The notes under the pieces were generated by a model, which saw nothing but the letters and a program-made list of their open reading frames with translations, made no database searches and was not told where the DNA came from. The position numbers and the translations under genes are program-made. A DNA stretch of 15,496 nucleotides, from positions 1 through 15,496 of the IMG/VR virus record IMGVR_UViG_2619619053_000002. The stretch is one strand, 5' to 3'. Every line of letters begins with the position of its first letter. The stretch's first letter is position 1. This stretch comes from a virus. Positions 7,248 through 14,811 of the stretch are shown one piece after another.

Positions 7248-8755
7248 TTCGATTTTATCTGGATACTGACGATGATTTTGATGTCAGCGTCACTTTGGAT
7301 ATCACAGATGAAATTGTGAGCTGGGAAACTTCTCGCGCTGTTGACAGGTTCAGTCGGGCGGAAAGCGAAGGACGGGCGGAATTTCTTCTGCGGCGCGGTC
7401 GCGCAAGGGCGTCGTGGTGGCGCGTCGGGCGTTTGATCGAAGGACGCGCGGGCGAGCATGTTGTCTTTCGGGGATTCATCATCGAGGCGCGGGGTAGCGC
7501 TTTCGGGCGCGTTGTCGTGCAGGCGCGAACATGGTTGCAGTTCATGGCGTGGCGGGGTCGGACACCGGATGTGGTTGGATTGGGAGCGAGTGACGGGCTG
7601 CGCCGGATAGTGAGTGAAGCGGCGGCGGGTCTTCCAGGGGCGCGAGTGCCATCGGCGGCGGTGTTGGAAGCGGCGCATGATCTCGACCCGGCGCGACGAT
7701 TGTTTTGGATAAGCGGGGATCGCCCGCTAGAGTGGGTGTCATCGGAGCGGCCGTTGTACTGGATTACCGGGCCAGAAACGGGGGTCACGTATGCCTATGG
7801 ACGTGTGGGCGATAGCGATACGGTGGGCGACGGTCTGTTGGTTGGTCCGCCGCAGCCGGAAGTAGTGGGCGACGCGGCGACGGTGATTGATCGTTTAACG
7901 GCTGTGGAATATGCGATAGAGAATTACGAATATGGGCGTTATTTGGATGAATTGTCTGTCTTGGCGAGCATCGAGCGCGGGTTTCTGTACAGTGGCGGCG
8001 AGAGTGATATAGCTTTCCAGGCGCGGGCGGAAAGCGCAGCGCCAAGCGGGGCGGCAATGGAAGTCACCGGCGCCCGGTTTGGTCGCTACGAGTACGAGTG
8101 GCGCGTCGGCAGCGCGGCGGCGGCGCAATTTGTGGGGCGGCTGCCGGATGTGCAGGCATCCGAAGGCTTGATTTATCGTCAAGAGGATTTGATAGCGCCG
8201 CCGGGCGCGTCAAGCTGGCGCGTGGTGGTGCGCGATAGAGGTCGCCCGGCGGAAGCGACGGGGGCGCTGGTGGTAGAGATGGCGCAGACAGCGGGCGTAA
8301 GCGCGCTGGCGTCGTCAGTGGCGGGCGATCTGCTGCTTGAAGTCTTCAATTCAACGGGGGCGGCGGCGCAAGTGGACTGGCTGGAAGTGACGGGCAATTT
8401 GCGCGTTTACCAAGGTGGGGCCTATGGGGATCGCGTAACCGGCCGCTACGGCGGCGCGAGCGTGGAGCTGGTGGGCGTGGGGGGTGGCGAAGCGGGCTTG
8501 AACGACGCGCTTGAGTATTGGAGCGTGGTCGGCGCTGAAGGCGGGCCAGAGGTCGCGACAGTGCGCCTAGACGGGCGGCGATATGCGGATGTCTGGGGTG
8601 GCGAATTAGGCGGCCTGTTGAGGACGGACGCGCTAGACAGAGAAGGTATCACCGGCGGCGCGGAACTGTACTGGATCGTTGGCGCTCGCGGGCTTGGGGA
8701 TCCGGCGACAGTGACAGTAGAATATGAATTGATGCGCTATGTGGATGTGAGATAG
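7244..8755 (+). CDS. Hypothetical tail protein (503 aa)
   Basis: GTG in a GTGA overlap. It is the long ORF after the adaptor. Contains an internal (D/E)RPL(E/Y)W(V/I) duplication. I recognise no family; the function is inferred from position. Confidence 0.7.
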   Translation: MIRFYLDTDDDFDVSVTLDITDEIVSWETSRAVDRFSRAESEGRAEFLLRRGRARASWWRVGRLIEGRAGEHVVFRGFIIEARGSAFGRVVVQARTWLQFMAWRGRTPDVVGLGASDGLRRIVSEAAAGLPGARVPSAAVLEAAHDLDPARRLFWISGDRPLEWVSSERPLYWITGPETGVTYAYGRVGDSDTVGDGLLVGPPQPEVVGDAATVIDRLTAVEYAIENYEYGRYLDELSVLASIERGFLYSGGESDIAFQARAESAAPSGAAMEVTGARFGRYEYEWRVGSAAAAQFVGRLPDVQASEGLIYRQEDLIAPPGASSWRVVVRDRGRPAEATGALVVEMAQTAGVSALASSVAGDLLLEVFNSTGAAAQVDWLEVTGNLRVYQGGAYGDRVTGRYGGASVELVGVGGGEAGLNDALEYWSVVGAEGGPEVATVRLDGRRYADVWGGELGGLLRTDALDREGITGGAELYWIVGARGLGDPATVTVEYELMRYVDVR

Positions 8756-8757
8756 CT

Positions 8758-9273
8758 ATGGCATGGGAAAGTCCCAAGACCTGGGTAGACACTGAAGACA
8801 GACTGAACGCGGCGAATTTGAATCGTTACGTGCGCGACAACCAGATTGCGCTTCGAGCGGACGCGGCGGCGCTGAGTCAGCGCGTGGGGACGCTTGAGGT
8901 GGGCGGGTTCAGCGACGCCATGCTGCGGGATGTAAATTTCGGCACTTCATCGCGCGGTCAGCAAGTGTTGACGAATTTGACACCGCCGGCAAATACCAAA
9001 CTTATTTATATCGGGGTGCGGATAGAGAATTTTTCGTCTTGGACGGCGGTGCCTTTAATAGATTACGCGATTTGGAAAATGTTCCCGGAGTACGAGGCCG
9101 GAGTGACTGTACCGGCGGCGGAGCGCTGGCCGTTTCGAGCGCAGGGTTATCTTGAGCAGCATGTTGTAGGCGGGTATGTATTCAAGGGCACGGGCGGCGT
9201 TTTGGGCCTGTGGGGCGGCTCTGCCAGTCGTGACGAGCGGTATGATCAGATTTGCGTTAGGTGGTATACGTGA
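8758..9273 (+). CDS. Hypothetical tail fibre/needle-like protein (171 aa)
   Basis: The N-terminal W..TEDRLNAANLNRYVRDNQIAL motif is of the kind seen at the N-termini of phage tail-fibre proteins, and is followed by a short coiled-coil-like stretch. Confidence 0.65.
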   Translation: MAWESPKTWVDTEDRLNAANLNRYVRDNQIALRADAAALSQRVGTLEVGGFSDAMLRDVNFGTSSRGQQVLTNLTPPANTKLIYIGVRIENFSSWTAVPLIDYAIWKMFPEYEAGVTVPAAERWPFRAQGYLEQHVVGGYVFKGTGGVLGLWGGSASRDERYDQICVRWYT

Positions 9274-11291
9274 CAGAGCAACCTGAGGTCATCGATAATA
9301 GTGATGACGGGGAACCGATTAGTGATACGACGCGCTTTTTGATGGCGCAAGCGGGGACTCTGCGTCCGTTTGTTGTTGAAATGCAGCGCGCGCGCCCGAT
9401 AATTCAGCAAGGCATCATTCCCTTTGACAATTCGGACAATGAGCGGCGGCTGGACGGGCTGGAAGCGGTCACCAGCGAGATTGGGACTGACAAGGTCGCG
9501 GTCTGGGCTGACAATGCGGATGTGAATGGCGCGGCGGTCTTCATCGGTGTCTACAGCCCGGATGACTCGTTTACTCAGGACGTGATTCGCGGCTTCAGCT
9601 ACGCGTCCAGTGTCACAGTTTCTAGCAATGACAATTACCGGATATTTTTGCGTGTTGCTGTTGGTCGGGATTTGACGAACACGCGGGTTATGATTGATTA
9701 CCCGGCGACTGATGATGACGAAGTGGTAGGGGCGTCGGGCTGGACGCTGCAATTTTCCGACAACTCGTTCGCTTATTATCAGCGCATTCACCCGGACGCG
9801 GGCGGCCGTGAGTTCAGCGGTCTTAATCTGGGCGCTGTTATTCTGACGCAGGTGACGGCGACTGTGCGGCATTATCGCTGGGATGGGGAACTCAATAATC
9901 TGTCCATGTTCGCGGCTATCAGCGAGGCGGTTTCGGGGGATAGGGATACGCGAGAGTATGTCGCGCCTACTGAAAACGGCTTGGTTTACCGGAGATTGCC
10001 TGACATCGCGCCCGGCGCGGGCTTAGGCGTCTTTCGTGGCATATTTGACCGTCCGAGTCGGGCCGGGGATTATGTGACCTATTTGACGGAGACAGTGGCG
10101 GGCGAGCGCAATAATGACATCGCTGCGATCTATTCGGACATCGATTTTTTGGTGAGTTATTATCGCTATGAAGGCGATACTTGGGTTTTTCTCTATGATG
10201 AGTCGCTATTGGTCCCGGCGGCGTGGGCGGTTATCAACAACGGCGAGGGTATACCTTTTTTCAAAATGCGCCCGTTCCTTTTCGACTCGGATGTATTGAC
10301 TCCGATATCGGGCGCTGCGGCGACTATCAATTTTGACGTGAATAATGTGCCTGGCGGGGAAACAATTGCCAGCACCGGCACGTTCACCGTTACTGAAACT
10401 CAGGTTGCCGAGCCGAACGCGCAGATTCGGATTGACTATGATATGACTGACGCGTCGCGCTCGGGGCAGCCACCGACTGAAGTGGAATTGATTCTGCGTA
10501 TGACTGGGGACGGCAGAATTATCGACCGTCAGCCGTTGCAGGATTACAGAGCTAGTCATCTTACATTCGATGTATCTGCGGAAACGGCCGCTATAACCTT
10601 GAGATGGGCAATCCGCGTTGCCACCAAAGGGCGGTATCACGGGTCGGTTGCGATATCTAATGTGAATTTTCATGCTGATGATGGGTCTGCTGATCCTTTC
10701 ATCCGCCGCGTTGCGTCTGAGCTTGTGAATGCTGAGGTAGAGCGCACGCGTGGCAGGCTTTTGCCTGAGAATCCCACGATTGGTGATTTTGCGAAGTGGG
10801 ACGGTTCAAACTGGGTAGCGTCAGCTGCGCCGAGCGGTGGCGCGTCGCCGGAGATGATCGGCTTGCAGGATGTCAGCATCGGAGCCAATGCGAATACGGT
10901 GAATGTGCTGGTGAATACATCGGTCTCGTCTGTGGGAACGCTGGTGCTGGCGCTGTCGGCGGGCGGCGGTCGTCCTGGCAGCGGGATTCGACTCAAGGCT
11001 GGCTCGTATCTGTTGACCTTCATGGGTGATGTAGACGCGACGGGCGAGCGTTTCAATCCGCAGTTCAGCGTTACCGGTCCGCGCGTGGGTGGCGATACGG
11101 CGCCGGTGTACTTTCGTGGCACGACGGGCGAAGACTCGGCGGTGTGGCATATGTCGCTTGTGCTGCCTAGCGATAGTGATTTGACGTTCAGCGCTCGGCA
11201 GGGTCAATACAGCACGCAGGTCGGCGGGATCGGCGGGGCTGGGACTGTCTCGGATCTGCGCCTTTTGATTCAACCGCTTGGTATGATGTAG
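9270..11291 (+). CDS. Putative tail fibre/spike, receptor-binding protein (673 aa)
   Basis: GTG 9270 in a GTGA overlap, with AGGTGG 6 nt upstream (GTG 9261 is an alternative). It is the largest distal structural ORF. Contains a tail-fibre-like GDFAKWDGSNWVA motif. Confidence 0.7.
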   Translation: MTEQPEVIDNSDDGEPISDTTRFLMAQAGTLRPFVVEMQRARPIIQQGIIPFDNSDNERRLDGLEAVTSEIGTDKVAVWADNADVNGAAVFIGVYSPDDSFTQDVIRGFSYASSVTVSSNDNYRIFLRVAVGRDLTNTRVMIDYPATDDDEVVGASGWTLQFSDNSFAYYQRIHPDAGGREFSGLNLGAVILTQVTATVRHYRWDGELNNLSMFAAISEAVSGDRDTREYVAPTENGLVYRRLPDIAPGAGLGVFRGIFDRPSRAGDYVTYLTETVAGERNNDIAAIYSDIDFLVSYYRYEGDTWVFLYDESLLVPAAWAVINNGEGIPFFKMRPFLFDSDVLTPISGAAATINFDVNNVPGGETIASTGTFTVTETQVAEPNAQIRIDYDMTDASRSGQPPTEVELILRMTGDGRIIDRQPLQDYRASHLTFDVSAETAAITLRWAIRVATKGRYHGSVAISNVNFHADDGSADPFIRRVASELVNAEVERTRGRLLPENPTIGDFAKWDGSNWVASAAPSGGASPEMIGLQDVSIGANANTVNVLVNTSVSSVGTLVLALSAGGGRPGSGIRLKAGSYLLTFMGDVDATGERFNPQFSVTGPRVGGDTAPVYFRGTTGEDSAVWHMSLVLPSDSDLTFSARQGQYSTQVGGIGGAGTVSDLRLLIQPLGMM

Positions 11292-11300
11292 TTGTTTTTT

Positions 11301-11309
11301 TGTTATAAT
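11301..11309 (+). promoter_or_regulatory. Extended -10 promoter-like element (TGTTATAAT) ahead of the lysis cassette
   Basis: Perfect TATAAT (11304-11309) with TG at -15/-14, in the 54-bp AT-rich gap after the fibre gene. No good -35 element. Confidence 0.4.
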
Positions 11310-11345
11310 TGCAGCATCGATTGGCAAATTTTATGGAGGTTCATT

Positions 11346-11483
11346 ATGTTGGCTGGTTTGATAGCGGCTGCCATTGCCGCGCTCATCAATCACGCGCATG
11401 ATCAAGAGGGCGTCGAGGGCGCGAAGGCCGCGGCGCAAGCCATTCGCGATACGCTGGATGGTCATCCGCATTTGCAAGACTGA
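11346..11483 (+). CDS. Small membrane-anchored protein (45 aa)
   Basis: GGAGG (11335-11339) lies 6 nt before the ATG. N-terminal hydrophobic helix MLAGLIAAAIAALI followed by a charged tail. Confidence 0.6.
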   Translation: MLAGLIAAAIAALINHAHDQEGVEGAKAAAQAIRDTLDGHPHLQD

Positions 11484-11489
11484 GATACC

Positions 11490-11512
11490 GGGGCGCTTCG
11501 GCGCCCCCTTTG
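11490..11512 (+). terminator. GC hairpin with TTCG tetraloop and weak U-tract (attenuator or RNA-stability element)
   Basis: ggggcgc / ttcg / gcgcccc followed by ctttgg. It lies between the 45-aa ORF and the holin-like ORF. Confidence 0.45.
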
Positions 11513-11527
11513 GTGAAGGGACATAGC

Positions 11528-11734
11528 ATGACTGGAATCGGCAAGTTGGTTCATATGCGGTCGTTTTGGACGGCTGTATTCACTCTGGCGGGTATCGTGC
11601 TGCATGAGGTCTTTGGATCTGACGTCATCAATGAGCAGACTCAGGGCGTGTTTGTGGCTACGATTCTCGCGCTTATCGGTGGCGGGGCGGCGAGCGACGC
11701 TGTTGAGACGCACAGGGGGCATGATGGCGCGTAA
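11528..11734 (+). CDS. Holin-like protein, two predicted TM segments (68 aa, pinholin-sized)
   Basis: GAAGGG RBS. Hydrophobic segments SFWTAVFTLAGIVLHEVF and GVFVATILALIGGGAA. Two in-frame Met (M1, M10) with K/R between them. It sits upstream of the endolysin. Confidence 0.6.
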   Translation: MTGIGKLVHMRSFWTAVFTLAGIVLHEVFGSDVINEQTQGVFVATILALIGGGAASDAVETHRGHDGA

Positions 11735-11912
11735 AAGCAAGGCGCAGACGCGGCTGGAAGCGCTGGACGGCTTGCGCTCGCAGTTCGCGGTATTCAAGAA
11801 TATCGTGATGGATGCCCAGCATCCTGATCATGCCAAGGTGTCGGCGCTGGTTGACGCGCTGCCCGAGTACATTGAGTCGGCGCTGGCCGGCAAGGATGGC
11901 GACGATGGCTAA
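11724..11912 (+). CDS. Hypothetical soluble protein (62 aa) nested between holin and endolysin
   Basis: ATGATG at 11721/11724 after AGGGGG. It overlaps the holin stop, and its own stop overlaps the endolysin start (ATGGCTAA). Confidence 0.5.
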   Translation: MARKSKAQTRLEALDGLRSQFAVFKNIVMDAQHPDHAKVSALVDALPEYIESALAGKDGDDG

Positions 11913-12423
11913 GCGCGGCAGATTGATAGCGGTTGCGTTGGCGCTGTTGTTCGCGGCAAGCAGTGTATGGGCGCATGACGCGCTGACGATCGACCAGTTG
12001 TGCGAGTTGGCGCTAGAGCATGGCAGCGGGCTGCCACCGGACTTGGTGGTAGCGCAGATTCAGGAAGAATCGGGCGGGCAGCCGGATATTGTGTCCAGCG
12101 CGGGCGCGGTAGGTCTTCTCCAGGTGGTGCAGAAGTATCATCCTGACGTGGATTTGAAGGACCCGGGTATCAATATCGAAGTAGGCACGCACGTTCTGAT
12201 ACAGGATACTTTCTACCTGAGCCACATTCGCGCGGGCTGGTCGTCTCCAGATGACATTGACTGGCTGAATATGGAGTATCTACGGCGGGGTCTCGCGGGC
12301 TATGTGATGGGTCCCGGCAATGTGACCTGGTACGACAAGCATCCTGAGAAGCAGTGGCCGGAGAACGTAGTAAGGTATGCGGACATTATCGAGAACTTGT
12401 ATGGGGAGCGGCTCTGTGCCTAA
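11905..12423 (+). CDS. Secreted or SAR-type lytic transglycosylase endolysin (SLT domain)
   Basis: N-terminal MAKRGRLIAVALALLFAASSVWA signal/anchor. SLT catalytic signature QIQEESGGQP ... AGAVGLLQV. Confidence 0.85.
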   Translation: MAKRGRLIAVALALLFAASSVWAHDALTIDQLCELALEHGSGLPPDLVVAQIQEESGGQPDIVSSAGAVGLLQVVQKYHPDVDLKDPGINIEVGTHVLIQDTFYLSHIRAGWSSPDDIDWLNMEYLRRGLAGYVMGPGNVTWYDKHPEKQWPENVVRYADIIENLYGERLCA

Positions 12424-12634
12424 AGACGTTCGGCAGTTAGAGGTGGATCGAGAGAAGATTCGGATACAGTTGGTCGCGCTCTTGGCGTTGGGGGTGTCGC
12501 GGTGCGACCAAATGCAGCTCGAGGTCAAGGGAGCCAATTTGATAGCGACATTTCGAGGGCTTGACGCTGATTTTCTTGAGAAGGTCGAGCAGGGCGCGGA
12601 AAGCGGGTTTGATAGTCTTTCCGACAACGTGTAG
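12416..12634 (+). CDS. Hypothetical protein (72 aa)
   Basis: GTG 12416 overlaps the endolysin stop (ATG 12401 is an alternative). No motif recognised. Confidence 0.45.
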   Translation: MPKDVRQLEVDREKIRIQLVALLALGVSRCDQMQLEVKGANLIATFRGLDADFLEKVEQGAESGFDSLSDNV

Positions 12635-12711
12635 GAATTTATGGATAATTCGCGAAATTCGAGGTTTTTCGGCGTGATTTCGTAGTACAAAGTGTATGAA
12701 GGGGGTGGCTC

Positions 12712-12939
12712 GTGATTGAGCAGATGATTGAGTTGTTGCCACCAGAATACAGAGATGAGGCGCGGTGTCTATTCGAGGATGTGCGGAATGACGATGAGCA
12801 TCCTGCAGAGTTCCTTCGGAAAGTAGACGATTTCTTTAAGAGATTGTGCGCTGCCGAAGGACAGGATTATGAGGCGATTTTCGGCGGCGTGCGCGGCAAG
12901 ATGCGCCATATGATAGCGCAGGGTGTTGATCATGACTGA
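12712..12939 (+). CDS. Hypothetical highly acidic protein (75 aa)
   Basis: GTG preceded by GAAGGGGGTGG. 18 D/E against 10 K/R residues. Confidence 0.6.
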   Translation: MIEQMIELLPPEYRDEARCLFEDVRNDDEHPAEFLRKVDDFFKRLCAAEGQDYEAIFGGVRGKMRHMIAQGVDHD

Positions 12940-13132
12940 ATTGGAATTTGGGCTGCTGTCCTGGTCGTTTCCGGTTATGGATACCTGCATCGGCGCCGTG
13001 AAGGAAAAATGTGAAGAATACGATCTCAAGTTCGATGTGCGGAACACCGGCGGCCAGCTGCTCTTTGAAGTGACGGGGGCCACGACAGCGCAATTGGTGG
13101 AGTTACAGGGTTTGTCCGGTCATTTGGATTGA
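12932..13132 (+). CDS. Hypothetical protein (66 aa)
   Basis: ATG 12932 overlaps the upstream stop (ATGACTGA). It is the last gene of the + array, directly before the terminator. Confidence 0.55.
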   Translation: MTELEFGLLSWSFPVMDTCIGAVKEKCEEYDLKFDVRNTGGQLLFEVTGATTAQLVELQGLSGHLD

Positions 13133-13163
13133 CGGGCGCGCTCGTGCGCCGCAGAAGTAAAGG

Positions 13164-13186
13164 CAGCCCCGAAAGGGGCTGTTTTT
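13164..13186 (+). terminator. Rho-independent terminator between convergent genes
   Basis: cagcccc / gaaa / ggggctg followed by TTTTT. It sits in the 56-bp gap between the + gene stop (13132) and the minus gene stop (13189). The reverse orientation has a weaker T-rich tail. Confidence 0.85.
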
Positions 13187-13188
13187 AT

Positions 13189-13455
13189 TTACTCTGCGCC
13201 TATCTGGGATAGGTTCGCGGGGTCTTGTGGCGTCGCTTCGTAGTTCGATTGGAGCGCGTCGACTGCGGAACACAAGCGCACAAAGTCTTCGTAGTGTTTC
13301 CATTTTTGGGACTCGTTAAAGCGGGCGTAGCGGTTGAATGCGGGCCATACGATGGCGGTCATCGTCTGTCGCAGAACGACTTCTGGTAGAGGCGCACCGG
13401 TGTCGGCGAGCGCGCGGGCCTGCTGGACTTTTTTACTTAGGACTTGGTCGGTCAT
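13189..13455 (-). CDS. Hypothetical protein (88 aa)
   Basis: ATG at 13455 (complement), with GGAGA 8 nt upstream. The longer ORF start at 13518 lacks an RBS. Confidence 0.6.
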   Translation of the reverse strand: MTDQVLSKKVQQARALADTGAPLPEVVLRQTMTAIVWPAFNRYARFNESQKWKHYEDFVRLCSAVDALQSNYEATPQDPANLSQIGAE

Positions 13456-13547
13456 ATTAATTTCTCCGTATGTTGAACTGTACGCCGCTGTGGTGGGCGA
13501 TACTGTACAGTGTAGCACAATGGCGAGCAGGGGTCAAATTATGCCTG

Positions 13548-14270
13548 TTATGGGGGTTTTGCCGGCGGGATCCGGAATCCTGGGGGTTTAGGCAGCTTGA
13601 AAAAGTCGTGGATGGGGTGTCTTTCGGGTTTGGGCTTCACACTATCCCGCAAGGTGCTGTTTTTGCGGTTTGGCAGGGCGCGATACCATGCCAGCCACTG
13701 CACGCCTGGGAATGCGGCCAGCTGGTAGACGTGGCACCATTTGTCGTACTGGCGGCCGCGCCATACAAAGCAGCCGCGCCAGTCGAAGCTTACGCGTTCG
13801 ATCACTCCGGCCTCTCTGAGGCGTCCGACCCAGACGTTGGTCTGCTCGCGCGACAGCCCGGCGGCCCGTCCGATGTTTTCCTGCTTGGCGCTACAGTAGC
13901 CGTTGACGTACATGTACAGCAGTATCGCGCCCAGGACCCGCCCGGCGGTTGGATGCCAGTCTTCGTCGCTGTGGTTGCGCAGTATGTAGTTAGCGGCGTG
14001 GAAGGCTTCGGCGCGGCGCTGTTTGACGATCTGCTCCGTCCGGCGACGGATGTATTTGGCTTCTTTGGCGGATTTGGCGGCGGCGTGGATGTCGCGCAGG
14101 TTGTCGGCAGTGGAGTATCGATGCGGAATCAGCGCGTAGTATGTCCAGGCTGCGATGAATGGATTGCGGTTGCCTTCGACGTATTTTTCCCGGCGCATTG
14201 GCTTGTCGAGCAGCACACGAAAGTCGAGTTTCTCTAAAGGTGTTGATATTGCTTGCTTAGACGGCGTCAA
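13548..14270 (-). CDS. Winged-HTH DNA-binding protein, candidate replication initiator or early regulator (240 aa)
   Basis: wHTH-like segment SAKQENIGRAAGLSREQTNVWVGRLREAGVIERV. TTG start at 14270 with AGGA 7 nt upstream (ATG at 14198 is an alternative). It is the only obvious DNA-binding gene in the genome. Confidence 0.7.
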   Translation of the reverse strand: MTPSKQAISTPLEKLDFRVLLDKPMRREKYVEGNRNPFIAAWTYYALIPHRYSTADNLRDIHAAAKSAKEAKYIRRRTEQIVKQRRAEAFHAANYILRNHSDEDWHPTAGRVLGAILLYMYVNGYCSAKQENIGRAAGLSREQTNVWVGRLREAGVIERVSFDWRGCFVWRGRQYDKWCHVYQLAAFPGVQWLAWYRALPNRKNSTLRDSVKPKPERHPIHDFFKLPKPPGFRIPPAKPP

Positions 14271-14318
14271 CGTGTTATCCTAAAGTGTGAATTTGTGCTG
14301 GTCGAGCTGAATTCGCCG

Positions 14319-14352
14319 AACCGCCGAGCTTGCTCGGCGGTTTGTGCTTTTT
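14319..14352 (+). terminator. Orphan + strand intrinsic-terminator-like hairpin, antisense to the leader of the wHTH gene
   Basis: aaccgccgagc / gctcggcggtt (11-bp arms, minimal loop) followed by tgtgcttttt. No + strand gene lies upstream of it. Confidence 0.5.
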
Positions 14353-14555
14353 CTGTAGTGTATTTATTAAGACTTAAGACGCAAGTGGATTTGGCAGCGA
14401 ATCTTTATTCGCCTTAGAAAATATGTTCTAGGGTGGGGTACGTAGGGCAAAAAAAATGCAGTGAGCTTGTGAACCCGGATTCTCTGGGCGAGCAAGGTTT
14501 TCTGGTAGCCAACTCGCCCGCTCGCAGAAAGCGCAACAACGGAGCGTTTTTGAGA

Positions 14556-14644
14556 ACGGACGAGTTGTCGGCGGGCAAGTCTTACCTGTTCGCGGAAAAT
14601 GGATTCGGTCGCAGACCTTTCGTATCCGCCGACAACTCGTCCGT
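14556..14644. repeat. 19-bp perfect inverted repeat with a 51-nt spacer
   Basis: acggacgagttgtcggcgg (14556-14574) and ccgccgacaactcgtccgt (14626-14644). Confidence 0.9.
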
Positions 14645-14811
14645 CTATCTTCTCTCTCTCTCAACCGTACGCTTCCGGGCGTCGGGATAGCGCGGGCGCG
14701 CCGACAAGCGAAGCGCGAAGGCGCGCATAGGCGGCGGCGGGGCAGGGCGCGGGGAATGACGGGCGCGGCGTTTTTCAGCCGCGCGACCACAGCGCGCCCC
14801 CCGCGCCCAGA

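Noticed and set aside
7193-8652. Several 66-177-aa minus-strand ORFs inside the 503-aa tail gene
   Set aside because: Pro/Arg/Ser-rich shadow ORFs in a GC-rich coding region, with no starts supported by an RBS.
12416-12634. Spanin or lipoprotein reading of LVALLALGVSRC
   Set aside because: Arg at the -1 position before Cys does not fit a lipobox, and the hydrophobic stretch is too short for a TM anchor.
12416-13132. Paralogy between the 72-aa and 66-aa small proteins (LEVKGANLIATFRGLD against LFEVTGATTAQLVELQGL)
   Set aside because: The similarity is limited to a loose hydrophobic/Gly pattern and cannot be supported without an alignment statistic.
13470-14237. 255-aa + strand ORF antisense to the wHTH gene
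   Set aside because: Low-complexity Val/Ala/Gly/Phe-rich product with no RBS. The minus-strand frame carries a clear wHTH segment and an RBS plus start.
14460-14520. tRNA-like or T-loop-like sequence (gaacccggattc)
   Set aside because: No cloverleaf can be drawn. The flanking bases are not complementary as a T-stem, and there are no acceptor or anticodon arms.
14556-14644. Retron msr/msd or DGR template interpretation of the long hairpin and repeats
   Set aside because: No reverse transcriptase ORF exists anywhere in the 15.4-kb unit. I noticed no duplicated variable/template repeat pair involving the fibre gene.
14428-14790. 120-aa minus ORF and 85-aa + ORF (14433-14690) over the inverted-repeat region
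   Set aside because: Both read straight through a 19-bp perfect palindrome and other stems. The products are Arg-rich or low-complexity. No RBS.
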